Shown here in pieces: positions 24,490 through 37,250 of a stretch of 64,000 nt of DNA. The translations under genes and the position numbers were made by a program. Positions within the stretch are counted from its first letter, which is position 1, and each line of letters starts with the position of its first letter. A model generated the notes under the pieces. The model did not search any database. It had not been told where the DNA came from and saw nothing but the letters and a program-made list of their open reading frames with translations. This DNA comes from Octopus vulgaris (Eukaryota): NCBI GenBank assembly GCA_951406725.2, contig OX597816.1:150784001-150848000 (forward strand), written 5' to 3'.

Positions 24490-25383
24490 CAATACATTAA
24501 ATTGCATCCTTTTGCATCAAATGGTAACTTTGCCATTCAGTAAATAAAGATCAATAAGTACTAGACTGAAATAAAAACTAGGGTCAACATGATTGGATAA
24601 AACCCCTTGAAGATGATGCCCCAAGGTGATTGCAGACCAATAGTTGAAATCACTAAGAGAGTTGGTGGTACAAGGTTTAATTACATTTTTAAAACAAGAA
24701 ATTTGATAAAATATGGCATTGAATATTGGAATATTGGAGATTATTTAAAGCCATTATATAATCTGGAGGAACAGGAATTACTCCAATAGGACAAATTACA
24801 ATAGATATGCATTAAGCCAATGACTTATAGCTGTTCAAGTGGAAGAAATATTAGCCATATCAATCTCACCAGTCTCAAAGTTCTTTTAAGGACTAGGCAT
24901 AGCTCATTTCTCAAGGTCAAATCAGTAAGAAACAAGAATGTCTTATGACAGCACAAACAAAACCATTCTATGCTGCATGTATTATAGTAAAAGTCACCTC
25001 TTCAGATTGATTTTCTATCCACCACTTGGAGACAGCAGTGTATGTGCCAATGAGCCCTTTAAATCACTGTTTGAGGTGCTGAAAACAGCAGCTAAATCAC
25101 TCAAATTTTACTCTTCCATCATATAAAGAGAAGCAGACATTTGATAATGTTGTTCGGGATACACTATTTGAATAAGATGGGATGGTTACAACTTGCATTA
25201 TATGAATGCTTAATTAGAACTAAATAATAGCAACACTAACTACAGCTCCATAACATGTGTCAGCAGTCAATATACATGGAAAGCTGCAGTATTGCAAATT
25301 TGTGCAAAGTATCACTGCAAGAAAAAAAATATATTGATGTAAAACTAATGTTGATGATGATATTAATGTGTTGTTGTTTTCAG

Positions 25384-25503
25384 GTCTGGTAAGTAAAGTG
25401 GTCCCAGCAGATGAACTGATGTCAGCAACATTGAAAACAGCCGAGACAATTGCCAGTAATTCTAAATTGATAACAATGATGTGCAAAGAAGCTGTCAATG
25501 CAG
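25384..25503 (+). CDS. ECHS1: ECHS1 coding exon 6
   Basis: CAG| ... G|GTGAGT, 120 nt; GLVSKVVPADELMSATLKTAETIASNSKLITMMCKEAVNA. Confidence 0.97.
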
Positions 25504-26521
25504 GTGAGTTTTCTAGTTTAATTTAATTTAACTTAATATTTTAGCCAGAGTACAAGAGAAATGAAATGGCTGAGTGGATATTGTATTGAACAACCAACTG
25601 GCAGACCTTGGGTTCTGATTCATTGTAAACCTCAGTTCATTTACTTGTTTGGAATAATATCAGATCATGTGCAGATTTTGCCTTAAGAACAACTGGCAAT
25701 ATATCAAGGGTAAATTTATTTCATCTGCTTCATACTGTGAAAGAGTTATGTACTAGTTCCTAAATGTCTTATGAAACTTAAGAAATATACATATTCTTTT
25801 TACATCATAATGTACTGCCTGCACATGTATACCATGCACAAAAATTAATACACTTAGATCTATAAGGAGCTATGCATTGACTAAAATTACATTTGTGAAT
25901 TTTATCTTGCAGGGATAGATATCATAACATGTTAAAATCACTATTTTTTCCCTGTGATTCAGACAAACACAAAACACACATAAGCACCAAAATGGTGCAG
26001 TATCAATTGTTCCTTAAGACCTACAGTGTAAGAGTTAAAGTTGTTGTGCATAGAATCAATCTTACCATCCTTGTCATTTCCACTATTAGAGCCTTTAATT
26101 ACATATGAATAAGTGGGTCTCAAAATCTGTTAGATCATAGAAACATTACTGAAGACTTGGCATTCATATAGTGTACCTAGAGCAAGTTAACTGGTGATAT
26201 TCATCTCTTTCCAGTCAATTCTCACAGGAAGTTAATCTTGACTCTGTAGGCTAACAAAATATCTGTTGGTGTTTTTTTTTTTTCTCACTTTCTGCTACTT
26301 ATTAATTGCTAAGTGATCCAGAAAAACAGTACATGTAAATCATTCTCTAACTTGCTTGTTTTTCATTGCTAAGTTATGTGGTCTCTTGCTATAAAACAAA
26401 TACAACATGCCCTAAATATCATAGTGCTCTTAACACAGTCAACAGTTTAGTCGTAGTCAAAACTAGGACATTTCGGATACTTGTCATGTGGGTAGTTCCC
26501 ATATGCTCAGTTAGATACTTC

Positions 26522-26559
26522 CTTGGATAGACAATTGGATACTCAATTGTCTATCCAAG
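26522..26559. repeat. Perfect 16-bp-arm hairpin with 6-nt loop
   Basis: CTTGGATAGACAATTG-gatact-CAATTGTCTATCCAAG. Confidence 0.9.
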
Positions 26560-27155
26560 CACAGTTAATCAAAGTTGCTCAATATCAGTGAAAAGAGTGG
26601 TTTCCACTACTAGAACCACTGCCAGCATTGTCGTCATGATCTTCATAACCATTACTATAGTTTCTATATTTATTACTTCCTCAATACTAATATATACTAC
26701 CATGCTTGCTATTTTCACCTTCAATACAATCATAACTACCATCTTATCTATTTTCATTATCAAACCATTCTTCTTAAACTTCCAACATTAACTTTAGTCC
26801 CATCATTACTATCAACTCTACTTACACCTCTATCATAACCGCCATATTAACATCAATACTGTAACCATCATCATCATTCTTGTCACCATCACTATTATTA
26901 TTACTACCACTACTACAACTACTATAACTTCATATCTCCCTGCTGTCTTGAAAATGGAAAGACAATGGATAATGTAATATTAAAATAAAGATAGAATGGT
27001 TACAGCAAGAACACCTTTAATCTTCTGTCTGCTGCCCATTTAAACTTGACCTGGGTTAAACCCCAACAATAATCTGTATCACTATCTCTATCTCTACCAT
27101 CACCATATAATTTATGCTTATTTATTCATCTTCTGTATTTTTTAATCTGTTTCAG

Positions 27156-27223
27156 CATTTGAGATGACTCTCCAAGAAGGTTGTCACTTTGAGAAGAGGA
27201 TATTTCACAGCACTTTTGCTACT
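27156..27223 (+). CDS. ECHS1: ECHS1 coding exon 7
   Basis: CAG| ... |GTAAGT, 68 nt; [23 protein letters not shown]. Confidence 0.96.
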
Positions 27224-27267
27224 GTAAGTTCATTAATCTGATATGATATGTACAAGTTTGCCTTCCA

Positions 27268-27642
27268 TTCACATGGTTTCAGATTCAATCCTACTGGATG
27301 GCACCTTGGCCAAATGTCTACTATAGCTCCAGAGCAACCAAAGTCTTGTGAGTGGATTAAGTAGGCAGAAACTGAAAAGAAGCCCTGTGTGTGTGTGTGC
27401 TACTGTTTTCTTGCCATGACATTGCATGATAATTGTCAATATCACTGTAATGCAAGTGATATTCTTTGTTTCCAATCTTTTGAGACATGTCTGGTCATGG
27501 GGAAATATTATCTTGCTTGAAAACCGGTGAGGGGTGGTGACAAGAAGGGTATCCAGCAATAAAAAGTCTGCCTCCACAACTTCTTTCCAACCCATGTGAG
27601 CATGGAAAAGCCGACATTAAAATGACAATGAATGATGATGAT
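27268..27642 (+). mobile_element. tRNA-derived SINE ending in an RTE-like 3' tail
   Basis: GGCACCTTGGCCAAATGTCT...GTGAGTGGATT core, then GAAGGGTATCCAGC...GCATGGAAAAGCCGACATTAAAATGAC...(TGA)n. Confidence 0.7.
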
Positions 27643-28299
27643 GGTAATTCTGCACTGAGTTCCAGACAACTCATTTGTCACTTGCCATCAGGAATGCAAT
27701 TATTGTAAATTGTTGAAAATCTGGAACAAATGGTGTTAGTAAAAAAAAAATGTGAAGTGCTTTACAGCTAATCCTTCTCTTTGGAATTTTCTTTCCTCTC
27801 CACATTTTCCCTGCAGACATCAACTAAGATATGTTGAAACTGAACATCAACCATATCAAATCTTGCTCACAAAGGGCCTGCAGAGATTAAACACACTGTT
27901 CCATCTCCTGACTAAGCTTTAAAAAGCATATATTTTAAATTTTTGAACATTATCATTATATGTCCATTTTTCTATGATTGCATGGGTTGTGTGAGTCTTT
28001 TTCAGGAGCACAGTGTCTCACCATTTGTTGCAGTCCTGCCATCTCTTTTGTAAAGTTCAGCCTTGTGAAATCAGCCTTTGCCACTTCTTGCCATATTTTC
28101 CTGTTTCCTTTTCTATTTATACAGATCAAATACACTGTACCTGTACCTTCTCTCTTGCATACCACATCTGATTCATCTTATATCCAGTCTTTTCTTTTTT
28201 CAGCTCTTTTATGTTCTTATTTCATACACCCACCATGCATTCATACAGAAGTATCATACAATCTATTCTTACTCTTACTGCTATGGTATCTGACTCCAC

Positions 28300-28960
28300 G
28301 CCACTAATTAGACCACCTAGGTAATGGAAGCTATCAACTACTTTGCAGGAGTCTTCTTACATTTAAAATAATTTACTTCATGAGTGCTCCTATTACTCAC
28401 CATTCCTATACATCTACTACATAGTGTCATCAGCTCATCTATGATATTCCTGAGTTCTGCTTTCCTGCTAACTAAAACTTTTGTCTCTGCTAGGTTTACT
28501 TTGCAGCCTCTGGATTCTAAGCATTGCTTCCAAATTTGGAATTTCCACTAATTCTTGAAAAGATTCAGCCACAAGTACCAACTCATTACCATACATGAGT
28601 TCCTAGTTTTAGACTCCTTTGTTATGGTCTGGACAACTATAACATACAAGAAGGAACTGAGAACTGAACTGTGGACACTACCAGCAAAATTCTTCACAGA
28701 TATCATTTCTAACTCTTGCCTTGATGGTGACATCTCAATACATGGTTTTCAAAAGCTATTTTTCTTCACCTAGATATTTTTTTAGAATCTCCAGACTACA
28801 GAACCTATCATAGAATTGTCTCACTAGTAAGAGGTTATCACTGGTATCCCATCCAGACATAAATCTGAATTTTGTCTCAACTAAGCAAATTCTTTTCTCA
28901 ATCAGTTGTGCTACATTGCTTTCTGTTACTTTCATAACTTGGTCTATCAATTTGATGCAT
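28300..28960 (-). mobile_element. Old decayed RTE LINE RT fragment
   Basis: AGGTAATGGAAGCTATCAACTAC (VVDSFHYL) and DQVMKVTE...LI.KRI..VE..F.FM.G..T.D...LVRQ remnants. Confidence 0.65.
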
Positions 28961-29389
28961 CTTTACAGCATCTCTTTTGCCCCTCTTTATTTAGGCCCAC
29001 CAAAGTCTCTCCTCCTTTCTTTTCTCCTTGATAATGCCATATTCAGTCTTCACCCCTCCATCAACAACTTGTTCTTAGTTCTCAGAATATCAATCATCCC
29101 TTTGGAATTCTGTCCTAACCCTTATTTTTCCTGCAGTTATCAACATTAACTGCAGTCTTAGGTCCTGGTCTTCAGCAGTACAACAGCACTAATAACATAC
29201 TCTGTTACAGGTGTCAAATGGAGGCTAAGAAACTTATAGGGTGGAAGTTTCTTAGAAGAATGTTGTACATTACATGTAGATTTAGAACTTTGAGGAGAGG
29301 ATGAGAGAGTAAGTGAGGTAGTTACTATTATGTGTTGTTCATTGCAATTAATTTATCCTAATTAAATTTTTACTTTACTTATTTTCCAG

Positions 29390-29455
29390 AATGATCGAAA
29401 AGAAGGAATGACAGCATTTGTTGAAAAGAGGCCAGCAGAATTTACTGACAGTTAA
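29390..29455 (+). CDS. ECHS1: ECHS1 coding exon 8 (terminal)
   Basis: CAG| acceptor; NDRKEGMTAFVEKRPAEFTDS-stop. The eight exons join in frame to 900 nt (299 aa). Confidence 0.97.
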   Translation, partial: NDRKEGMTAFVEKRPAEFTDS

Positions 29456-29608
29456 ATAACTTAGTGCATACTATGATGACAACAGCTATTAATTGGTTAA
29501 GACAATTATCTCTGATAACATATCTTTTGTGCTCACTTAACTTTGGAAATCAATCAAGTTTTTCTGCTCTTAGTTTTGCAGTATCTGTAAAAATGATAAT
29601 TAGAGGTT

Positions 29609-29614
29609 AATAAA
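29609..29614 (+). terminator. Putative ECHS1 polyadenylation signal
   Basis: AATAAA ~155 nt after the stop codon, followed by T-rich sequence. Confidence 0.55.
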
Positions 29615-32600
29615 GCAACATAATTTTTTACATTCTCTTTCTTTAAATTGCTTATTTTCCAGTATTAACTTTTCCAAAGCTGTTGTATTGGAAACTGTTA
29701 TTATATTTGTTCTGACTAGGCTTATCTCAAAAGGACTACAGTCAAGTAATTGACTCCAGTATACTACTGGTACTTTATTTCATCGACTTTGGGGGAATTC
29801 AAGGGAAAGTCAGGATTTGAACATTTTTATGGCATAGTCTAAGATTGGCAATGTCCATAATATTTTCGTGAGCCACCAGGATGGGTGGTAAAAAAATGGA
29901 ATAACATCACTGCCCACAAGTCATAGGTTATTTCAGGAGGGAATAGTATATCAATGCATCAAGTTATCCTAAAACTAAAGACCTGGACCAAATGCTTGCA
30001 ACAAAATGACCTCCACTGAAAGTGCTCAAGGGTCTGTTAGTGATGTTAAACTGAGTAATAGATTAAGACCCTCTGTCTATCCAGTTTCACTTACAAAGCT
30101 TAAGTCAACAAGATATTGTTTAAGGTTTCACACAGTGGGAGTGAACCTAAAACTACATAATTAAGAAGTGAATTTCTTAATCACAGAACCACACATGTTC
30201 TCACGAGGAAAAAAAAAACACTTGTGATGCCACATAAAAAGCACCTAGCCACTGTAAAGTGGTTGGTGTTCGGAAGGGCATCTAACTGTGGAAACCAAGC
30301 CACAACAGACAAATGTTGTTTGGGCAGCTGACCAGCTCTTGTCAAACTGTCCAACCCATGCCAGCATAGAAAACAGATGTTAAGTGAGGATGATTAACTG
30401 TAGCCCGCTGCCATTCTTGCCAACTTACTCACTGCCATACTATTAATTTATATATATAACAATTAACATATAGTTCGTTAAAGAAAAATGAAGTTTCAAG
30501 TCTTTTGATAATTGCTCATGTGGATGAGCTGAAAGCTTAGAATTTCCTTATGTTGTAACTTCCAAGTGTCAGAAAGGTTGAAACTGTACTAGGTGGCACC
30601 TATATGCACATGCTTCATTTCATTTTGAATGTGACCTGAACAAAGACCCTATCAAAGACAGAATATGATCCACTGATGATATATATATATATATATATAT
30701 TGGCGAGCAAGATAAAGTAGAAATGGATAGTGTTGGAGACGGTCTGTTTTGTGAGGATTTGAAAGCAATTGTAAAAGTTATTCTTGGTAGGAATACAGCA
30801 CTATTATGGTTGATATCTGGAAGCAAGAAATATTCCACAAAATTGGTAGAGATTCTTTTATCATAAGACTAAAAAGATCGGTTGCAGTTTGTATGCTGGA
30901 GAGCTTGAGACAGCATGGAAATCACCTATACCCTACACACTGAATGGCTTTTGCTTAGCTCAGCAATACTGGCAAGATCATCATCTTGCCATTTTATTTG
31001 ATGATCATGCATGTGTCCTTGTGCTAGATAAAACCCATCCAGCTTCTAGAGTGTAGGTGATTTTTTGTTTTTTCTTTTGCCAAACATTTTGAGCTACATA
31101 TTTTACCTGAACTACTTGGGATATTTGGGCTATGAGATTTGGTTATGTGTGGGAAGAGAAGGGACAGAAATATGGTTTAACTCTCCTGCTTAGTTGTTCC
31201 TGATGGGTTGTAGTGAACTACCTATGCTGCTAAAGATAGAATAGAACTGGTAAAGCCTCAATGCAAACATCTAAATTGAAGTCTATGAGGAGAGGACATT
31301 GCATAGTATGTGAGGTAGGTATAATAAGGTAGTTGTTGGGCAACCCTGTAGGTGAATAAACTGTGATGGTTTGGAGGCATGGAAAAAAAAAAGATCAAGG
31401 ACATATGAAATGTCTGTGTTGGTCAGTGATGCATACTGAGGATGAAACCAGTTGATGTTGAGGACAGCAAAAGGTTCAATTTCTGTACCAGTGGCATCAG
31501 TATGGGATGAGTTTGCAAGTTAAGAAAAGTTGCAAGTGTTAATAAATAGCACAGAGAACAATGACTTCAAAGGAAAGTAAGATTTATGTCCTTGAGCAAG
31601 GAAGAGATATAGTTGAAAAGTTGTTGATAGAATTTGGAGACAAATAGAGGAAGTAGATGTATTTAGAAGAATGTGGCAGAAGCTTTGAATTAAAGTAACT
31701 GGGAGTCTTCTGTTGAGACCCGGGTGAGTGGCAGGGAGAATAACATCAATAGTGTCAACTTATAGTATCTAATGAAGTGTTGTCATAGTGAAAAGTGCAG
31801 GATGATGAATTAAGTAAAAATGAATTTTAATTTCAAACGATTAACAACCAGGTGAAGCATGTAGCATGTGAATGGTTATACCTCAGAGAAATTTGTCAAT
31901 CAAGTTAATCAATGGAGAATAAAAGCGATGATGATGAAAGTGTAGAATTAAAATAATATTTCAGATTTCATATGTATTACTCTGTCTGGTTTTATTGGTT
32001 AGTGAAAACCAATGAAACTGAAGCTTTTCACATCTAAGTCCATTCCAGCATGGTTTCTCTTTCATCTGTAAGGAAGGTGGCAGTTTTCTATTCCCAATGA
32101 TTGTGTGTTTAAACATGGAGAGATACAGCATATATAAAAATATGACATTGTTATAACAGTGATATAATTTGTCTTGCTTCTACTATTTCTGCTATTTTCT
32201 GTTTGTTTATTAACTGTATTTTATGTCTTTTAATGCTTTTGTGCTTATGGTAGACTTCATTAATATTGGAAACGTACCAGTTTTAGTTGTTGGGGTTTTG
32301 ATTTTAAGGTAAAATCCATTGTAATGTCACAGTGCTTTTTAAAATATACTAGCAGCCTGTATTGTAAGATTATCCTCATTCCTCATGAAAATATTTCAAA
32401 ACTGTGTTATTAGAAGCTGGTATGTTATCAATATTTTTGACATCTTTTTTGTGTCTATTACAAATTCCACCAAATTTTTTGTGTGATGCTTCAAGTTTTC
32501 TAATGCTGCTAGTTAATAAAAATGCAATAAGAAACAAGTAAAGCATTTTTGTTTTTTTCACATAAAAGAGGAAAATGTAGCTTCCTTTGATTCAATGCCA

Positions 32601-33068
32601 AACATTTACTTTTCAAATATTCTTCACTTAGATTTTTCAAACGGATTTAAGCTGTTGTTGCTTCAGACCTTTCTGCATTCAACAAGAAGTCCACTTGGTT
32701 TGGTCTTATCACCAGTCCTTATTTATAACAAATAAAAGTTTCATATTTGCATGTATATCAAGAAGGAAGCTGAAGGAATGAGCTGGGCAACAAAGCAAAA
32801 GAGAAGATAGTTCCTTATGCAAAATATTCTAGAGAGAGTGAGAGTAGAGGACCCAGTAAAGTGAAGTTGGTGTATACCCAAATCAGAAAACAGAATCATA
32901 TGGTGTGATGCAAGTAGTATAGCAATAGGAGTTGTTCTGGAATTAGGGTATGTTCAAGTGGTGGATGCAGCATGGCTCAGGAAGAAGGACAATTATGATC
33001 ACATCTATGGAGCTGAAGTAGATACTGTGCTAAAGGGTGCAAATCTGGTGCTGAGATGGGACTGCACA

Positions 33069-34580
33069 TTATCATCATCACCGTCATTTAATGTCTGTTT
33101 TCCATGCTGGCATGGGTTGGACAGTTTGACATGGAGCTGGCCAGCTAGAGAGCTGTTCAGTTCCAATTGTCTGCTGTGGCATGGTTTCTATAGCTGGATG
33201 CCTTTCCTAGCACCAATTACTTTATAGTGTGATGAGCACGAGTGCATTTTATGTGGCACCAGCACCTGCAAAGGACAAGCCTGTATGGAGACAGTGATTT
33301 TACTTAGCTTGACATGTCTTTTCAAGTACAGTAAATCGCCATAACTCCTGGTTTTTTCTCATTTCCTCAGTGAGGTCCAGTGACCAGATATTTTGTCCCA
33401 CATCTTCCTAGGGCTACCCCTTCCACAGGTTCCCCCCACAATTAGAGCTTGGCACTCCTTTACACAACTGTCCTCATTCATATGCGTCACCTGATTAAAC
33501 CAGTATAGTCTTCTCTCTTGCACACAACTCTGATGCTTCTTATACTCGGTTTTCCTCTTAAATCATTTACACTCTGTCGTGCATGCACACTGACATTACT
33601 CATCCAGTGGAGCATGCTAGCCTCATTTCTTTCAAGCATTTGCAAGTTCTCTGTAGTCAAAGCCCATGTTTCACTGTCATGTAACATAGTTGTACATACA
33701 CAGGCATCATACAATCTGCCTTTCACTCTGAGTTACTAAGAGTAAAAACTCTCTGAACTTTGCCCAGCCCATTTTTATTCTAGCAACTATACTTTCACAA
33801 CTTCCTCCACCACTGCTAACTTGGCTCTTAGGTAACAGAAGCTATTTACTACTTCTAATGATTCCCCCCAGCATTTGAGGGAGTCTATTGTCTGTACATT
33901 TTTAGTGCTTATTGTACTTGCACATTTGCCACACACAAAGACTATCTTCTCTGTTAACCTTCCTGTTATACTACTACACCTCTTATGTGTCCAAAGCTTG
34001 CACTGAAAAAGTACAATGTATAAAGTTTCTACCAACATCCTTCTAACATATCGAGCAGGGCTATCTCTCTGAAGGGACTTGCGATTTGTCTGTTTTCCTA
34101 CTTATCTGGACTGGTTTTTGCTAAATTAACGCCTTAGATTCCAGGCCTTGCTTCCACACCTGAAATTTCTATTCTAGGTCAGGTAGTGATTCAGCTATAA
34201 GAACAAGGTCATTAGCATAGAAGAGCTACCAGAGGCAGCCAGTCTTGAATTCCTTTGTTAAAGCTTGGAGGACTAAGATAAACAAAAATGGTGGCTACAG
34301 TTAATCATCATCATCATCATCATTTAACATCTGTTAAGATGAAGGGGTCTTGGTGAACACCTACCTGTACACTGAATTTATTGCTATACTTATTGCCAAC
34401 CTTCATCTTACTTGCAGCATCTCTTTACATGGCTTGTACAGCTCTCACTAACCACTCATCTGTGCTACCTTCTGCATTGACTACCAGATAAGGGAGCAGG
34501 GGACCCTGTCAAAACTTTCTCCATGTCGACAAAAACCAAGTACAGAGGTTTATTTTTGGCTAGATACTTCTGCAATTGCC
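33069..34580 (-). mobile_element. RTE-clade LINE fragment
   Basis: Minus strand: LYLVFVDMEKVL, LFYANDL, Cys/His finger (CKLWTHKRC...CGKC), KGRLYDACV, (TGA)n tail. Confidence 0.9.
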
Positions 34581-35194
34581 TAACACAATGAAGATAAATA
34601 CCAGTTCGTAGTAAGGTACACACTAGTTGAAGTGCTGTAACAAGAAGTTGTGGCTACAATGCAGAGCCAGTTGAAGCACATGTCATGTAAGCAGTTGTGC
34701 CTACTATGCAGAGTCAGTTACTTGATACAGAAAGATCTTGCAGGTTGTACTTTCTGTTAACCACGGTGAAGTAATTCACAAACAGTGAGGAGTTGGACCT
34801 GAGCGAATGCTGCTGTGTACATAGAGATGTTGGCAATGTTAAGATGAAGGCGACAGAGATGGAAGTCCTGAATGCTGCTGGTATTGTCTGTTGCTGAAAC
34901 TGGCTGTGGGCTCTGTGGTCAGTGGTTAGACCTTAGAAGGTCTAGAACCAAAGATGAAATATGGTTTTATAACTAGCTTTTTATAATAACTAGGAGGCTC
35001 CAATGGAGATTTAGAAGACCGTGTCACGGGACCTTATCAGAAGGCTGAGATTGGTTGGGTTGCACATTGGCACATAATAGAGCAAGAGACAAATTGCGCC
35101 AATACCAACCAATCAGAGTAGTGGACACAACAGGGTCCAAGAGGCTGAAGGTTAGCTGTTATCAGCTACGTCTGTATTTATGTTATATATAACA
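34581..35194 (-). mobile_element. Possible solo-LTR-like segment
   Basis: The minus strand starts TGTTATATATAACA and carries CCAAT boxes and TATAAAA; GC-richer than flanks; abuts the RTE fragment. No clear TSD or CA terminus. Confidence 0.3.
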
Positions 35195-35364
35195 GAGAGA
35201 GAGAGAATTTCACTAAGCGTCCACTACATATGTATTCAGTTGAGACTGCTTTTGATCTTGTCAGGAAGCGAGACACAAATTTTGCTGCAACTCTTTTTAT
35301 TCACAATTCCTTGCACAAAATTCATTAGCAGGAGCTTTTGGACACACCAACTTTATGTAGTTGT

Positions 35365-35920
35365 TCACATTCAGACGCATCATATGTCCAAACCAACATA
35401 GTCTTCTCTCTTGCATGTTACATTTGATTCCTCTTATGCTCAACTTTTCTCTCAATAAATTTGTACTTTGTTGTACATGCATACTACCTTCATTTTTCTC
35501 CAGTCTACGAATGTCTTCTGCATTCAGTGCCTATGTCTCACTACCATGGAGTATAGCCATTCGCACACAAGTATCATATAGTCTACCTTTCACTCTGAGA
35601 GTCCTTTCGTTGCCAACAGAGGTAATAGCTCTCCAAACTTCCTCCACCCAATTCTTATTCTAGAAACAATACCTTCAGAACATATTCCACTATTGCTAAT
35701 TTGATCACCCACGTAACAGAAACTATCTACAATCTTAAGAGAGCCTCCTGGGCATTTGAGAGAAGTTCCATGTGCCCTTAGTGCTTATTGTTCCTGCACA
35801 TCTGCCACATACAAAGATGACTTTATTTGTTAATCTACCTATGATTCCACTGCACCTCTTATGTGTCCATAGTTTACACTGGGTGCAGCAAATGGAATTT
35901 CTTCCAACTCCTTTCCTGAG
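35365..35920 (-). mobile_element. RTE-clade LINE fragment
   Basis: RKGVGRNSICCTQCKLWTHKRCSGIIGRL...FVCGRC and QERRLCWFGHMMRL. Confidence 0.85.
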
Positions 35921-36261
35921 TCTGATGGCATGAACTGATAGATTGGTATGTAACATCTTCAGGTATATCTTTTTCTCTGAAGAAATTATGCACATAACAT
36001 ATAAATGCAAATTTAAAGCATAAATCTGTAATTTACCTTTTGGGCACTAATGTTTGTAAGAAGTAAAGATTACCAATTTGTTAATAATAAATAATTATTA
36101 ACTTTCAACTCCCCATTTTCTTTCCTTCAATTAGCTGAACATGAATTACATGCTTAATATATACTTATTGATTTAAGGGAATTTTATCTCCCCAAAATAC
36201 TAGGTACAGAACCATCCCTTTATGAGGTTAACATATCCTCTAAGCTAATTATATATATATA

Positions 36262-37250
36262 TATTGTTTGTAGAAATATATAAATCTGGAGTAGAAGCAC
36301 ACGTTAATATGTAGAGCAGTTAATATCATAGTGGGGTAGGCCGGTTTATGGAGTTACCCTGGGTTTCTCGCTCATAAGGGGTTTAGCCTTATGGCATATC
36401 TTCAGACACTGCTGGCCTGAAACTTCTTTAAAATATGGAGGGGGAAAAGCCTCATTTTTAAGGGCAAAACTAGGTGATTATTTTCCCTTTGCCATTGTCC
36501 CTCGATCTTCGGTCACGCTGCCATCTTGCAGTCACCAAAGTACCATGAAAGTAAATGATTGTCTCTCTTCAGCCTTGATTATTGGTTTCCAGCTCTGGTG
36601 CTGCCCTGCAGATTCCAAAAAAACTAGCAAGAATTTTCTAAAATGCAAGCAAGGTCTGAAAATCTGTCATGGAGTTCAGGATGCCCCCTGGCACGAGCAA
36701 GTCTTTAAGGATCCTTATGCGTTTGGCAATGCATAACTTGCACCGTTTCATCCCATTGATGCAGGGGCCTGAGTTCCTGAGTATTTTCCATGCGATCGAG
36801 TATGTAGTCTCTTTGTCTCATAATTGCCAGATATGGTTGGCCAGTGATGTCACGTATCTCCTTTCCAGGACTCTGAAGGAAGACAGATGATTGGAAATAC
36901 GCTGTTTGAGAGAGTTTCCAGTGCACCTCATGTACTTCTGTGATGACATTGCACCTGTTGCTGTTGTAGGTGCTATTGTTGCTACCATTGCCGCCGGTGG
37001 TGGTGTTCCTGCTGGAGTTGGGGCTGCTGCTGTTGGCGTCGTTGGGGATGGTGTTGGTGCCGATCATATTCTTGTCCCTGCGTGTGTTGCCTGTGGTGCA
37101 GTCGTTGTTGTTGGCGTTGCTGCTGTTGTCGCTGCCGCCGGGGTTGCTGTTGTTACTGATGGAGTTGGGGCTGCTGGTATTGGTGATGGTGGATGATGTA
37201 TTTAAGGAAACGTTTTTGGGCTGGTTTGGTCCAAACTGAGACATTTCATT
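36262..37250 (-). mobile_element. Penelope-like element 3' part: low-complexity linker, decayed GIY-YIG endonuclease, pseudo-LTR with hammerhead
   Basis: An alternative minus frame (~36940 to 36620) reads QKYMRCTGNSLKQRISNHLSSFRVLERRYVTSLANHIWQL*DKETTYSIAWKILRNSGPCINGMKRCKLCIAKRIRIL, typical of a PLE GIY-YIG C-terminal half. Confidence 0.8.
36350..36410 (-). ncRNA. Type I hammerhead ribozyme motif in PLE pseudo-LTR
   Basis: Minus strand: gugu-CUGAAGA-[cauaagg...ccuuaug hairpin]-GAAA-CCCaGGG-UA-acuc; near-palindromic stem III, weakened stem I. Confidence 0.65.

Noticed and set aside
26590-26935. Thr/Ile-rich ORFs
   Set aside because: Degenerate (ACC/ATC/ACT)n low-complexity intron sequence.
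36705-37244. 179-aa N/S/T-rich ORF and its V/A/G-rich antisense ORFs as a host gene
   Set aside because: Low-complexity triplet tract. The informative frame is a stop-containing Penelope GIY-YIG remnant.
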